From positions 404,741 through 468,740 of the forward strand of contig JAHFLL010000001.1 of NCBI GenBank assembly GCA_023244895.1: DNA of 64,000 bases. Reading direction: 5' to 3'. The position numbers and the translations under genes were made by a program. Below, piece by piece: positions 9,781-18,880 of the stretch. This stretch comes from Candidatus Liptonbacteria bacterium (lineage in GTDB: Bacteria > Patescibacteriota > Minisyncoccia > UBA6257 > 2-01-FULL-56-20). A model generated the notes under the pieces. That model made no database searches. It saw nothing but the letters and a program-made list of their open reading frames with translations, and was not told where the DNA came from. Position 1 is the stretch's first letter; every line of letters starts with the position of its first letter.

Positions 9781-10830
9781 CTATATTTTAACAATCTCCT
9801 CCCAGGGCAAACCTGCTTTACCAAAGTGCCCATAAGCCGCGGTCTGGAGATATATGGGGCGCAATAAATTCAAGCGCTCCATAATCGCGCGTGGACGGAA
9901 ATCAAATTTGGCCTTTACTAACTCCGCCAGACTCTCGCCCTTTTCATTTATCGCCTCCACCATCAAAGGCTCCGCCCGCCCGATGGCGTAGGCAACCGAA
10001 ACCAGGCACGTTTTTGCCAATCCACTCGCGACAACATTTTTGGCCGCAAAACGGGCCATGTAAGCGGCGGATCTATCCACCTTGCTGGGGTCCTTGCCGG
10101 AAAAACATCCTCCGCCATGAGGCAAGAGTCCGCAATAAGTATCCACCATTATCTTGCGTCCAGTGAGTCCTGTGTCTGCCTCAAACCCACCCTGCACAAA
10201 TCTACCCGTGGGATTAACTAATATCTCCAAACTGGAGACGTCTCCTATAATGGGTTTTATCAATTTATCCGTCAACTCTTGTTTGATAAATTCTTGTTCT
10301 GCCTCTTCCGAATGCTGTGCGCTTACTAAAACCGCGGTAATTTTTCCATTTTGGACGGTTATCTGAGTCTTACCGTCCGGTCTCATCCAAGACAGTCCGG
10401 CACGCCTCAATTTTTCCAAGCCCTCCGCGAGCGCGTGAACCTTCACTACCGCGTCTGGCAAATATTCCGGAGTCTCATCGGTGGCGTAGCCATACATAAT
10501 ACCCTGGTCCCCTGCTCCACCAGTATCTACTCCGAGCGCGATGTCTGGTGATTGGCGAACGATATTGGTTATTATTTTTAGCTCCTGTTCGTATCCGATA
10601 CCGCGATAAATTTCTTTTGCTATCTTTTCCGCGTCAAATTGGGCATTCGTGGTCACTTCTCCGCCCACGATTAAAGTTCCATGTCCGCCGAACGATTCCA
10701 CCGCCACCCTGCTTTTAACGTCTTCCCGGAGACATTCGTCTAGAATCGCATCCGAAATCTGATCACAAACCTTGTCGGGGTGACCGGAGGTCACGCTTTC
10801 TACCGTATAAGTTTTATCTATTACAAACAT
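9781..10830 (-). CDS. metK: S-adenosylmethionine synthetase
   Basis: 349 aa with N-terminal ESVTSGHPDKVCDQISDAILD and the GGGAFSGKD-like motif. Confidence 0.9.
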   Translation of the reverse strand: MFVIDKTYTVESVTSGHPDKVCDQISDAILDECLREDVKSRVAVESFGGHGTLIVGGEVTTNAQFDAEKIAKEIYRGIGYEQELKIITNIVRQSPDIALGVDTGGAGDQGIMYGYATDETPEYLPDAVVKVHALAEGLEKLRRAGLSWMRPDGKTQITVQNGKITAVLVSAQHSEEAEQEFIKQELTDKLIKPIIGDVSSLEILVNPTGRFVQGGFEADTGLTGRKIMVDTYCGLLPHGGGCFSGKDPSKVDRSAAYMARFAAKNVVASGLAKTCLVSVAYAIGRAEPLMVEAINEKGESLAELVKAKFDFRPRAIMERLNLLRPIYLQTAAYGHFGKAGLPWEEIVKI

Positions 10831-10861
10831 TTATTTTTTGACTTAGTTTATTATATTGACT

Positions 10862-11060
10862 TAAAAACAAAAAACTCTCTGCGGGAAAGAGAGCGACCTT
10901 GATTATCTTTCCCTTACGGGTCTGAATTTAGCACCTTCTTCAATTTCGCTCGGGTTAGCTTGCCCTGAGTTTATCGAAGGGTTGCTGGCGGATCTCCGGG
11001 TCAGTTCCCGCTCTCCTTGCGCAGTTTAAACACAAGAAGGATCCCCGCACTCTTGATAGT
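10862..11060 (-). promoter_or_regulatory. SAM-I (S-box) riboswitch in the metK leader, with terminator
   Basis: Reverse complement contains ACUAUCAAGAG, a GGGAACUGACCC (P3) stem, CAGCAACC, the pseudoknot element AAGGUGCUAAAUUCAG, and GAAAGAUAAU closing P1. A CUCUCU/AGAGAG hairpin plus U-run follows. Confidence 0.7.
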
Positions 11061-11120
11061 ATTCAGTTGTAGAAACAATTTTATACCATATGCGCCTCTG
11101 GTCAAGTGAGAAATGTCTAT

Positions 11121-11149
11121 TTGACGATATATATCATATATGTTATAAT
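11121..11149 (+). promoter_or_regulatory. Sigma70-like promoter (TTGACG-17-TATAAT)
   Basis: Consensus hexamers with a 17-nt spacer, read directly from the sequence. Confidence 0.45.
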
Positions 11150-11325
11150 CTAGACAGATCTTAGATAAAGGATTGCCTCTTGCGGACAGATCGTGAAGCG
11201 AAATTTGTTTTATGTTTCGTGCTCCATGCTTCATGACGTGCTCGCAGGAGGCAAGGTCAGAATCACTGGCCAGCTAGAGGTGGTCGGGCTAGCTCTAAAC
11301 AACCACCTTCTGCAACAATCCGATA

Positions 11326-11502
11326 ATGTTTCAAGCCATCGGATTAGCGGCAGTGATTGTAGTCTTGGGGATTTTTATGCCGGACGTTTTGAACGCCTTG
11401 CAGAACTTCCTCCTGACTCTCCTGCAGCGGGCCACGTTGGTATTGGATTCGATTCAAACCCCGAATCAATCCGCCGACGTGTTCCGCACCATGCAACGCT
11501 AG
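11326..11502 (+). CDS. Possible 58-aa hydrophobic small ORF (MFQAIGLAAVIVVLGIF...)
   Basis: Below the ORF-track cutoff. Hydrophobic N-terminus with a terminator directly downstream. No clear SD, and the ATG sits in a predicted hairpin loop. Confidence 0.25.
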   Translation: MFQAIGLAAVIVVLGIFMPDVLNALQNFLLTLLQRATLVLDSIQTPNQSADVFRTMQR

Positions 11503-11518
11503 ACCAAGTGTTGCGAGC

Positions 11519-11556
11519 AAAACACCATTCCTCAGGGAATGGTGTTTGTGCGTTTA
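11519..11556 (+). terminator. Intrinsic terminator
   Basis: AAAACACCATTCC-TCAG-GGAATGGTGTTTGTG hairpin plus T-rich tail. Confidence 0.45.
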
Positions 11557-11568
11557 AGCGGAATAAGA

Positions 11569-11901
11569 CTAATCTTTATTTACACTCCCCTGCACTCCCT
11601 CTGTTCTCGCTCTCTTTTGCCGTATTTTCTCCTTCAAAGATTCCAGCTCTCTTTCTAAGTCTTCTAAAAATTCCTTAGCGCCTTCACTGCGCTCTCGGAC
11701 TTCCCCGTCCGGCTCGCGTGGAGTTAGAATCCAGAAAATTATGTAAAACAAACCTCCTAGTCCATGGATTAAAAGTAAGGCCACGAATATCACTCTTACC
11801 AGGGTTGCGTCTATCTCGAAATGCTCCGCGAGTCCTCCGCAGACTCCGGCAATAATATGGTTTTTACGTGAACGATATAGGGTTTTTGGTTCCTTTGGCA
11901 T
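11569..11901 (-). CDS. PspC-domain membrane protein
   Basis: 110 aa with LYRSRKNHIIAGVCGGLAEHF (PspC domain), a TM helix and a helical acidic tail. Confidence 0.65.
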   Translation of the reverse strand: MPKEPKTLYRSRKNHIIAGVCGGLAEHFEIDATLVRVIFVALLLIHGLGGLFYIIFWILTPREPDGEVRERSEGAKEFLEDLERELESLKEKIRQKRARTEGVQGSVNKD

Positions 11902-11904
11902 AGC

Positions 11905-12939
11905 TCATACTATAATCATTCCGTCGCCGAAAGAAAAGAGGCGAAATTTGTGTTTAATGGCAAATCGGTAGATATTCATAATCTCTTTGCGGGAAGACAA
12001 AGCGGAGACCAGCATCAATAAACTGGATTTCGGTACGTGGAAATTGGTGATCAAACCATCCAGAGACTTGAACTTATAACCCGGTCGGATAAAAAGATCC
12101 GTCTCGCCCTTTTTAGGCATCAATTTCCCGGACTTTCCCGCGGCCGATTCCAATGTTCGCGCCACGGTAGTGCCAACCGCGACAATTTTTCTACCTTCCC
12201 GACGAGCCTTATTGATCTTCTCCGCCGCCGCCGCGGAAACAGAATATTCCTCCACGTGCAATCTGCCGGACCTCATATTTGCTTCGGTCACCGAAGCAAA
12301 AGTACCCAAATTTACGTGCAGAGTAGTAAGACATATCTCATGACCTTCCTCCCGCAAATCTTTTAACAATTTGCGAGTAAAATGAAGGGAAGCGGTGGGT
12401 GCCGCAACCGAGCCGGGTCTTTCCGCGAATACGGCCTGATATTCTCTGCGCAACTCTCTTTCTTTGAGCGGAGAATGTTTAATATATGGCGGAATCGGTG
12501 TCTTGCCGTACTTCCGGAGAATGCTCATAAACTTTCTTTTTGCAAAAAGGGTTTTCAGGTAATACTCTTTGCTGTTTTTGTTTTCTACTTCAAATCCGAA
12601 TTTATCCACGGTCAAGACCTCTCCCGGAATAACCTTCCTATCCATCAGAAACCTTAAGTCTCCGACAAATGTTCCCAAGTATAACCCCCTCACCCTGCCG
12701 CCGGTTTTTTTATGGAACTCCAAACGCGCCGGAACAACCTTGGTTTGATTCAAAACTAAAAGTGATTTAGGCGGGAGATACTTGGCAATATTCCTAAAAA
12801 CATCTACTGCTATCTTTTTAGTCTTTCTGTCGTAGATCAGAAGGCGCGCGCTATCTCTAGGATGCGCCGGTTTTTGAGCGATCAACTCCGCCGGAAACTC
12901 AAAATTATACTTCTCAAGCTCCGCCAAATTATTTTTCAT
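11905..12939 (-). CDS. queA: S-adenosylmethionine:tRNA ribosyltransferase-isomerase
   Basis: 344 aa with the QueA N-terminal pattern (LIAQKPAHPRDSARLLIY). Confidence 0.85.
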   Translation of the reverse strand: MKNNLAELEKYNFEFPAELIAQKPAHPRDSARLLIYDRKTKKIAVDVFRNIAKYLPPKSLLVLNQTKVVPARLEFHKKTGGRVRGLYLGTFVGDLRFLMDRKVIPGEVLTVDKFGFEVENKNSKEYYLKTLFAKRKFMSILRKYGKTPIPPYIKHSPLKERELRREYQAVFAERPGSVAAPTASLHFTRKLLKDLREEGHEICLTTLHVNLGTFASVTEANMRSGRLHVEEYSVSAAAAEKINKARREGRKIVAVGTTVARTLESAAGKSGKLMPKKGETDLFIRPGYKFKSLDGLITNFHVPKSSLLMLVSALSSRKEIMNIYRFAIKHKFRLFSFGDGMIIV

Positions 12940-13194
12940 CTAATCGTGATTCTTCTGCCACCAATCCCTTAAAAAACTTAGCGATAAGGTGGATAGTAAA
13001 TACCCCAAAACAGGCACGAAAGCTTTTAGCCAAGGATACTTCTCGCTAATTAAGACCAGCCATATCCCCGCCACTACATAGGTCGCGACAGATATAAATA
13101 TCCTTCTGGTCCAGCTGGTTTCCCAAAATTTATCCAATTCAACCCTTGCGTTCCGCTCCTTAATCAGTTGTATCTCCTTTTCTATGTCCATCAT
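12940..13194 (-). CDS. Small 2-TM membrane protein
   Basis: 84 aa, hydrophobic. Confidence 0.4.
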   Translation of the reverse strand: MMDIEKEIQLIKERNARVELDKFWETSWTRRIFISVATYVVAGIWLVLISEKYPWLKAFVPVLGYLLSTLSLSFLRDWWQKNHD

Positions 13195-13200
13195 TTTAAA

Positions 13201-13914
13201 TTAAGTGGATGCCGCAAAATAAGTAGCTATAATAGCCGCCGTTTCCGCTCGTAAGGTCAGTTTGCCCAAGCTAATCACAGGATATTTGAGCGCCTTAACC
13301 AGGGCCAATTCTTTTTCCGTCCAACCGCCTTCCGGACCGACAAATATTCCCACCCGATCGGATTTAGCCAGCTTACCCCGCAAGGTCAGCGAATCTTTAC
13401 TACCTCCTCTTTCGTCAAAAAATATATTTAAATCGTTCTCTCTGGCTAGCGTCAGGGCCCCTTCCAGACTACGGGACTCCAGAATCTCCGGAATGGATAG
13501 TCTACCGGACTGCTCCGCCGCCTCCTTGGCAATCTTACGCAATCTTTCCAAAGAAAGACCCAGCTTAACCGTCCTTTCCGAGATAACCGGAACTATTTCC
13601 GAGGCGCCCGTCTCGGTCGCTTTTTGAACAACCAATTCAAAATTGTCTTTTTTGATTACCGCCGCGAAAAGGGTTATGTATTTTTTAGGTTCGGATCCCT
13701 CGTCTACCGGTCGGATGCTTTCAAAAACAACCCCACTCGCGCCTAACTCTGCTATTCGAACTAGAACCGCCCCGCCCTTACCATTCCCCAAAACTACCTC
13801 TTCCCCGGGACCAAGCCGTAGAACGTCCCTTATCTGATGCACTAAGCCCGGCTCAGAGGCATCCAAACGGTGCTGGCTTAGATCAAAATCGCCGATGAAG
13901 CGGTGTATTTTCAT
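13201..13914 (-). CDS. rsmE: 16S rRNA (uracil1498-N3)-methyltransferase
   Basis: RsmE pattern with the start likely at internal MKIHRF. A 4-nt overlap with the upstream gene fits that start. C-terminal SPOUT fold motifs (GPEGGWT). Confidence 0.75.
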   Translation of the reverse strand: MKIHRFIGDFDLSQHRLDASEPGLVHQIRDVLRLGPGEEVVLGNGKGGAVLVRIAELGASGVVFESIRPVDEGSEPKKYITLFAAVIKKDNFELVVQKATETGASEIVPVISERTVKLGLSLERLRKIAKEAAEQSGRLSIPEILESRSLEGALTLARENDLNIFFDERGGSKDSLTLRGKLAKSDRVGIFVGPEGGWTEKELALVKALKYPVISLGKLTLRAETAAIIATYFAAST

Positions 13915-14510
13915 GCTAGAGGGTTGTCCCATTTGACTCTTTTTTTGGACGGTTCGCTCCACCACAAGAACAGATACAGTAAGAATAACGCCAGAAAGTT
14001 AAACAGCAAGAAGGCCGGGGTCCCCCAGTCTATGCCCTGCGCGAACCTCCATTCTGAGATTGGCCAGAGAACCGGAGTCGCGGAGTATTCGTAGCTATGC
14101 GAAGGCACGTCTATCAAAATATGAAGCCCCCAGCCCAACATTGCCCAGAGAGAAGAACTGCGCCGAGCCTTTCGTCCCGTGAATAACCGGTAGAATAGAA
14201 CCACAAGAAGCATGGCGACGCAGAAAACAACCAGGCTATGACTTAGGCTATAGAATATGCGTGTTATGGTATTCGTGTCTACCAAGCCCAACTGTCCGTG
14301 TTGCGGTATTTGAGAATAATTTATTTTCCCGCTTACCAAATTCCACACATACACGGCCCACACCGGAGCAAAAACCACTACGTCCGGGAAAATGCCCCAC
14401 CCCGCCGTGAGTATTGGTCTTACCCGTAGATGTTTATGCTTAACTTTAAGATGACGGTTGGCTAATTGCGCCAAACCGGCTGACCAGAGAGCATGAGAAA
14501 ATATTTCCAT
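13911..14510 (-). CDS. Membrane-bound metal-dependent hydrolase (YdjM/DUF457-like)
   Basis: 199 aa with multiple TM helices and His-rich motifs (HSL, HILIDVPSH). Confidence 0.5.
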   Translation of the reverse strand: MEIFSHALWSAGLAQLANRHLKVKHKHLRVRPILTAGWGIFPDVVVFAPVWAVYVWNLVSGKINYSQIPQHGQLGLVDTNTITRIFYSLSHSLVVFCVAMLLVVLFYRLFTGRKARRSSSLWAMLGWGLHILIDVPSHSYEYSATPVLWPISEWRFAQGIDWGTPAFLLFNFLALFLLYLFLWWSEPSKKRVKWDNPLA

Positions 14511-14933
14511 TTATTTTTTTGTTCCTAGAAAGCGATTGACCAAAACAACCAGCAGGGTTACGAAAATTACCAAGACTATCACAGAAGACAAGGAGTTGTT
14601 ATATATATCAACCTGTCCTCTGCCAAAATCAATAACATTTTCTCTTATAAACCACAGCTCGTCTAATATTAACCCGATAGCTACCGCGATAAGTGGTAGT
14701 TGCAGCCAGCTTCTCTTTCTCTCGAACAACATAAGAATCGCGGAAAAGATCAAGAGAGATACTCCGTAGTCAAAGTGGTGCAGTTCGAACCCGAACAGTT
14801 TAGGATCAAAATCGCTGATATGAATATATATGCCAATTCTCGTAACAACTATCGTCAAGCAGATAAGAGAAACGAAAACTATGATCCTGTGATGAATCTC
14901 CAGCTTCTCAAATTTATCAATAAATTTTTTCAT
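14511..14933 (-). CDS. Hypothetical membrane protein
   Basis: 140 aa with 4 TM helices. Confidence 0.4.
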   Translation of the reverse strand: MKKFIDKFEKLEIHHRIIVFVSLICLTIVVTRIGIYIHISDFDPKLFGFELHHFDYGVSLLIFSAILMLFERKRSWLQLPLIAVAIGLILDELWFIRENVIDFGRGQVDIYNNSLSSVIVLVIFVTLLVVLVNRFLGTKK

Positions 14934-14934
14934 A

Positions 14935-15627
14935 TTAAAGTTCGTAAATCACATCTTTTCTCTCTACCACGACTTGCCAATTGTTCTTTCGCGCGACGCG
15001 ATATAAAAGAGAGTTGGGATTAAAACATATCGGATGTTCCACCATTTTAAGAAACGCTACGTCTGACTCCGTATCCCCCACACCCACCGAACCCTTTAGG
15101 GTTAAATTCTCTTTCTCTATGGCACGCTCCATAATCTTAGCCTTATCCATTATTAATTCCTCGTACTCAACCTTACCGGTAAATCTTTTATTCTTGTCTA
15201 ATTCCAGGATTCTGCCGTAAACCTTATTAAAACCCAGAGCGACCGCGAAATCATGCACGATATATTTAGGCGAATGAGAGATTGCCAAAAGATAATAGTT
15301 TCTATTTTTCAACTCCCTAATCAAATCACGGGTGTATCTATAAACTTTATCTTTATTGGCTCGTAATACTGCCCCTGAAGTCTTTTTAAATTCTGCTAAC
15401 TTAACTCCTTTTATATTCTTGCCGAAGACCCGCACCACACCCATTATGTATTCTTCATATCCGCCTACTCTATTTTGCCAATCATCTTTTTTTTGCAGAT
15501 ACTCCCGCTGAGTTTTTGGCGGAAAAATACCGCGGGCGATCATCTCATCCACGAGCTCAATTAGAAGACTGGAACGAAAAATAGTTCCGTCTATATCAAA
15601 CACCGCCAACTTCATTTTTTTTTGCAT
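14935..15627 (-). CDS. HAD-superfamily hydrolase (HAD-IB/PSPase-like)
   Basis: 230 aa with DIDGTI motif I and C-terminal GVGDTESD motifs III/IV. Confidence 0.7.
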   Translation of the reverse strand: MQKKMKLAVFDIDGTIFRSSLLIELVDEMIARGIFPPKTQREYLQKKDDWQNRVGGYEEYIMGVVRVFGKNIKGVKLAEFKKTSGAVLRANKDKVYRYTRDLIRELKNRNYYLLAISHSPKYIVHDFAVALGFNKVYGRILELDKNKRFTGKVEYEELIMDKAKIMERAIEKENLTLKGSVGVGDTESDVAFLKMVEHPICFNPNSLLYRVARKNNWQVVVERKDVIYEL

Positions 15628-16101
15628 CTATTTAAACAGATTGGCGAAACCACTAAGCAACCGTTGCCAGACCTCCCCCGAAACGCTCATCATAAAAGCT
15701 CCTAAACCAACCAACGTTGCGCCAATAGCCGCCCGCCAGGTGAATGGATCTTTTAGTACCAGAACGGCAAGAATGAAAACAAACAACAGGCTTAGTCTAT
15801 CTATCGCGGCTACCGCCGGAGCGGGACCGTGTTTTAGGGCGTAAAAATAGAATATCCAAGAGAGAGCTCCTGCCGCGCCTGCCAGAACTATCCAAAGCCA
15901 TTCCCGGTCGCTTACGGAATGCCAGGTAAAATTTCTGAATTTGCCGAGCAAAATAGCCGCAAGTAAAGTAATCCCCGCCATTACTACCGCGCGCAAAGCG
16001 GTGGCGAGGGTTGAATCTAGTTTAGACAGACCTATCTTGCCGAAAATAGCTACCAATGCGGCGCAAATCGCGGAAAGTAATGCGTACCAAAACCAATTCA
16101 T
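15628..16101 (-). CDS. Small EamA/DMT-family membrane protein
   Basis: 157 aa with 4-5 TM helices in an EamA-like pattern. Confidence 0.55.
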   Translation of the reverse strand: MNWFWYALLSAICAALVAIFGKIGLSKLDSTLATALRAVVMAGITLLAAILLGKFRNFTWHSVSDREWLWIVLAGAAGALSWIFYFYALKHGPAPAVAAIDRLSLLFVFILAVLVLKDPFTWRAAIGATLVGLGAFMMSVSGEVWQRLLSGFANLFK

Positions 16102-16163
16102 AGTGGATATATTATGCCAAATTTAAACCGGATTTACCACGTCTATGGCGCAACTTAAAACGT

Positions 16164-17387
16164 TTATTTTTTAAGCTTTTCTAAAACATCTTTTTTAAAG
16201 TGCTCAAACTGATCATCCTTTATCGCCTGGCGCAAGCGCGCCATAAAATTACCGAAAAAGAAAACGTTATGCATCGTAGCTAATCGGCCAGCCTGCATAT
16301 CTTTTCTCTTGAACATCTGTTTTAACATCGCGCGCGACATATCCGGGTTGGTGCAAACCGGGCACACGCAAAGCTCGTCTAGCGGTCCTTCCGGATCCGG
16401 TAAAACGCTTTTCATAATATCTAAGTGGCCCCTCTCGGTCCAAATCCGGCCATGCCTGGCCTCGCGAGTGGGTATCACGCAGTCAAAGGTGTCTATTCCC
16501 GCTTCCACGCCCGCCAAAATATCCTCCATTTTACCGACCCCAAAAAGATGGCGAGGTTTACTCTCCGGCAAATTTTCTATAGCCCACTCCACCATTTGGG
16601 CTGTTTTGGCCTTAGTACCTCCGTAAGCATCTCCGTAGGTGCTGCCGATAGCGAATCCGTCAAACGGCATTTTGCCAATTACGCTGGCACTCTCTTTCCT
16701 CAAGTCTTCAAAGGCGCCACCCTGCACCACGCCATACATGGCCTGATCCGTAGCGTGGGCCTCAAGCGACCTCTCTGCCCATCTATGAGTCCGCTCCATA
16801 GCTTGCTTGGTATAGGCGTAGTCGTGAGCTGGGGAGGTAGGTTCGTCAAAAGCTACTATAATGTCCGCCCCCAACTGCTCTTGTATCTTCACGGATGTTT
16901 CCGCATCTAAATACATTTCTTCCTCCCCACCAACTACCTCCTCCATCCCATCTTCTCCCGGTAGTACGGGATGGAAATAAACTCCGGCTTCGGTCACGCG
17001 CACTAAACTCTTTTTTTCGGAAAGAGATTTATTTTCATCCGACTTGCTTCCCCCTCGCCGCATATTATTTTCGTAAAGAAAGCCCAGACTGAAAACTTGA
17101 AAGCCGCCGGAGTCGGTCATAATTGGTCCTTTAAAACGCATTACTTCATGCAGGCCCGGATAGTCATTCAGTCCCTCGTCACCCAGATCCCGCCAGAGAT
17201 GGTAGGTGTTTGAGATAATCATTTGGACGTTGGCCTCCTTTAGATCTTCGGGGGTTAGCGTACGCACTTCCGCGTGCGTTCCCACAATAACGTAAGCTGG
17301 AGTTTCTACTAAGCCGTGCGCGGTCTTTAAAATACCCGTGCGAGCATGAGTGTTTTTATCTTTCCGCTCAACGTCAAAGCTGAACAT
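16164..17387 (-). CDS. tgt: Queuine tRNA-ribosyltransferase
   Basis: 407 aa with the TDSGGFQ motif and a C-terminal zinc site (CVCPVC...H). Confidence 0.85.
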   Translation of the reverse strand: MFSFDVERKDKNTHARTGILKTAHGLVETPAYVIVGTHAEVRTLTPEDLKEANVQMIISNTYHLWRDLGDEGLNDYPGLHEVMRFKGPIMTDSGGFQVFSLGFLYENNMRRGGSKSDENKSLSEKKSLVRVTEAGVYFHPVLPGEDGMEEVVGGEEEMYLDAETSVKIQEQLGADIIVAFDEPTSPAHDYAYTKQAMERTHRWAERSLEAHATDQAMYGVVQGGAFEDLRKESASVIGKMPFDGFAIGSTYGDAYGGTKAKTAQMVEWAIENLPESKPRHLFGVGKMEDILAGVEAGIDTFDCVIPTREARHGRIWTERGHLDIMKSVLPDPEGPLDELCVCPVCTNPDMSRAMLKQMFKRKDMQAGRLATMHNVFFFGNFMARLRQAIKDDQFEHFKKDVLEKLKK

Positions 17388-17390
17388 GCG

Positions 17391-17831
17391 CTAATTTATA
17401 ATATCCACTAACTCTATCGTGAACTTTAAAGTGGAATTAGGAGGGATGGGACCAACCGCATTCGGACCGTATCCCATTTCCGGCGGAATAGTGAGCTCGC
17501 GCTTACCGCCGACCTTCATACCTTCAAAACCCTCATCCCAGCCCTTAATGACTTGCCCCGCTCCCAATTGGAAGCTAAAGGGCTGCCTACGTTCATAGGA
17601 ACTATCAAACTGCGTCCCGTTAAGCAGAGTACCGGCATAGTGAACAGATAAAGTGTCGCCCATCTTAGCCTCTTTGCCGTTACCCACTGTTATTTCTTTT
17701 ATAATTAATCCGTCTGCCCTAGTAATCATTGCTGTTTGTTGATTATTTTTCTGTGAGTTGATCCAGCCTTGGCTCTGACCTACGATTATTAGAACCGCGA
17801 TAAGAACCACAATTCCGCCGATTATTCTCAT
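17391..17831 (-). CDS. FKBP-type peptidyl-prolyl cis-trans isomerase (membrane-anchored)
   Basis: 146 aa with an FKBP C-terminal domain (VHYAGTLLNGTQFDSS, GWDEG). Confidence 0.8.
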   Translation of the reverse strand: MRIIGGIVVLIAVLIIVGQSQGWINSQKNNQQTAMITRADGLIIKEITVGNGKEAKMGDTLSVHYAGTLLNGTQFDSSYERRQPFSFQLGAGQVIKGWDEGFEGMKVGGKRELTIPPEMGYGPNAVGPIPPNSTLKFTIELVDIIN

Positions 17832-17847
17832 TTATATTTTTAGATTT

Positions 17848-18219
17848 TTATCTGACCCTACTGCCCGGTTCGACTTCCTTTTCCGGCATGAGTATCTTGG
17901 GTAGCCCATCGCTTCCGCTCGCGGCTAAAAGCATTCCCTCGCTTTTAAAGCCCATTAATTCTCTTGGTTCTAGGTTGGCAACTATCACTATGGTTTTCCC
18001 AATAAGCTCTTCCGGCGCGTACGCCTTGCCTATTCCAGCTACAACTTGCCTTGTCTGCGGCGCTCCATCCTCTCCCAAGTCTCCCGCCTCCAACTCCAAG
18101 CGAATCAATTTTTCCGAATCCGGCACTCTCTCCGCGCCAAGCACTTTCGCGGTTCTGAGTTCTGTCTTTAAGAAATCATCTATGTTTATTTTGTCCATTG
18201 TTTGCAGAAATAGTATCAT
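17848..18219 (-). CDS. tRNA-binding domain protein (CsaA/Myf/EMAP-like)
   Basis: 123 aa showing the OB-fold tRNA-binding domain pattern (LDLRVG-like, KTIVIVANLEPR). Confidence 0.6.
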   Translation of the reverse strand: MILFLQTMDKINIDDFLKTELRTAKVLGAERVPDSEKLIRLELEAGDLGEDGAPQTRQVVAGIGKAYAPEELIGKTIVIVANLEPRELMGFKSEGMLLAASGSDGLPKILMPEKEVEPGSRVR

Positions 18220-18240
18220 TGGGAGGTACTTTAAACAAGC

Positions 18241-18840
18241 ATGGAAACATTTTTAGGCTTACTTTTCGGAGACTTCGCTATTTATCTTCCTAAAATAGTA
18301 TTTTGGGCGAGCTGGGTTGCGGCGGCATACTTTTATTTCATACCCCGACCACGCGCTATGAGATGCCTTGCCATCTTTCTGGCGAGTTTTCGCTTGCTTT
18401 ACGTCGGTTTTCTCATCTATGGCCAACACTTTATTTGGTCCCAAAACGAATTCACTAAGTTCTTCGTGGAATATCAGAACGGAAGCTATTTTAGCGAGTA
18501 TGCCTGGGTCCACTTCGGACTGAATGCCGTCCTTTCCATAACAGGAGCGCTTCTGTTTTGGACGCTTCTGCGTTCTCTTAAATCTTATCGGGAAAGGTTT
18601 TTCTATGAAGGAGAGACGGAGCTGGGCTTGGTCTTAGCGCTTATCTGCGGCTGGCCAGGAATATTGATCTTTATCTGTTTTAGCTTAGTGATGGTTGTCC
18701 TGGTTTCTATTTTTAAGATACTCTTCACTAAGGAAAAGTACACCACGCTTGGCGTACCTCTCCTCTTGGCCTGCCCCGTTGTTCTTCTGGGCTCCGTCGC
18801 GTTGGTTGACGCCCTCAGACTCGGCGCCCTCAAAATCTAA
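18241..18840 (+). CDS. Hypothetical polytopic membrane protein
   Basis: 199 aa with 5-6 TM helices. Confidence 0.4.
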   Translation: METFLGLLFGDFAIYLPKIVFWASWVAAAYFYFIPRPRAMRCLAIFLASFRLLYVGFLIYGQHFIWSQNEFTKFFVEYQNGSYFSEYAWVHFGLNAVLSITGALLFWTLLRSLKSYRERFFYEGETELGLVLALICGWPGILIFICFSLVMVVLVSIFKILFTKEKYTTLGVPLLLACPVVLLGSVALVDALRLGALKI

Positions 18841-18880
18841 TCCAATCCTTCCTTTCGGAATTTGGTGCTTGGGATTTGTC

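Noticed and set aside
11001-11234. 77-aa ORF on the minus strand
   Set aside because: It lies entirely within the SAM riboswitch and promoter region of metK. Its composition is unconvincing and it is incompatible with the riboswitch call.
11400-11500. tRNA-like/tmRNA 3' domain (GGATTCGATTC...GAATC)
   Set aside because: The stem-loop does not give a canonical T-arm and there is no acceptor stem or CCA context.
11193-11678. 161-aa plus-strand ORF
   Set aside because: Low-complexity sequence that overlaps the pspC-domain gene on the other strand and spans a terminator hairpin. More likely non-coding leader plus the small 58-aa ORF.
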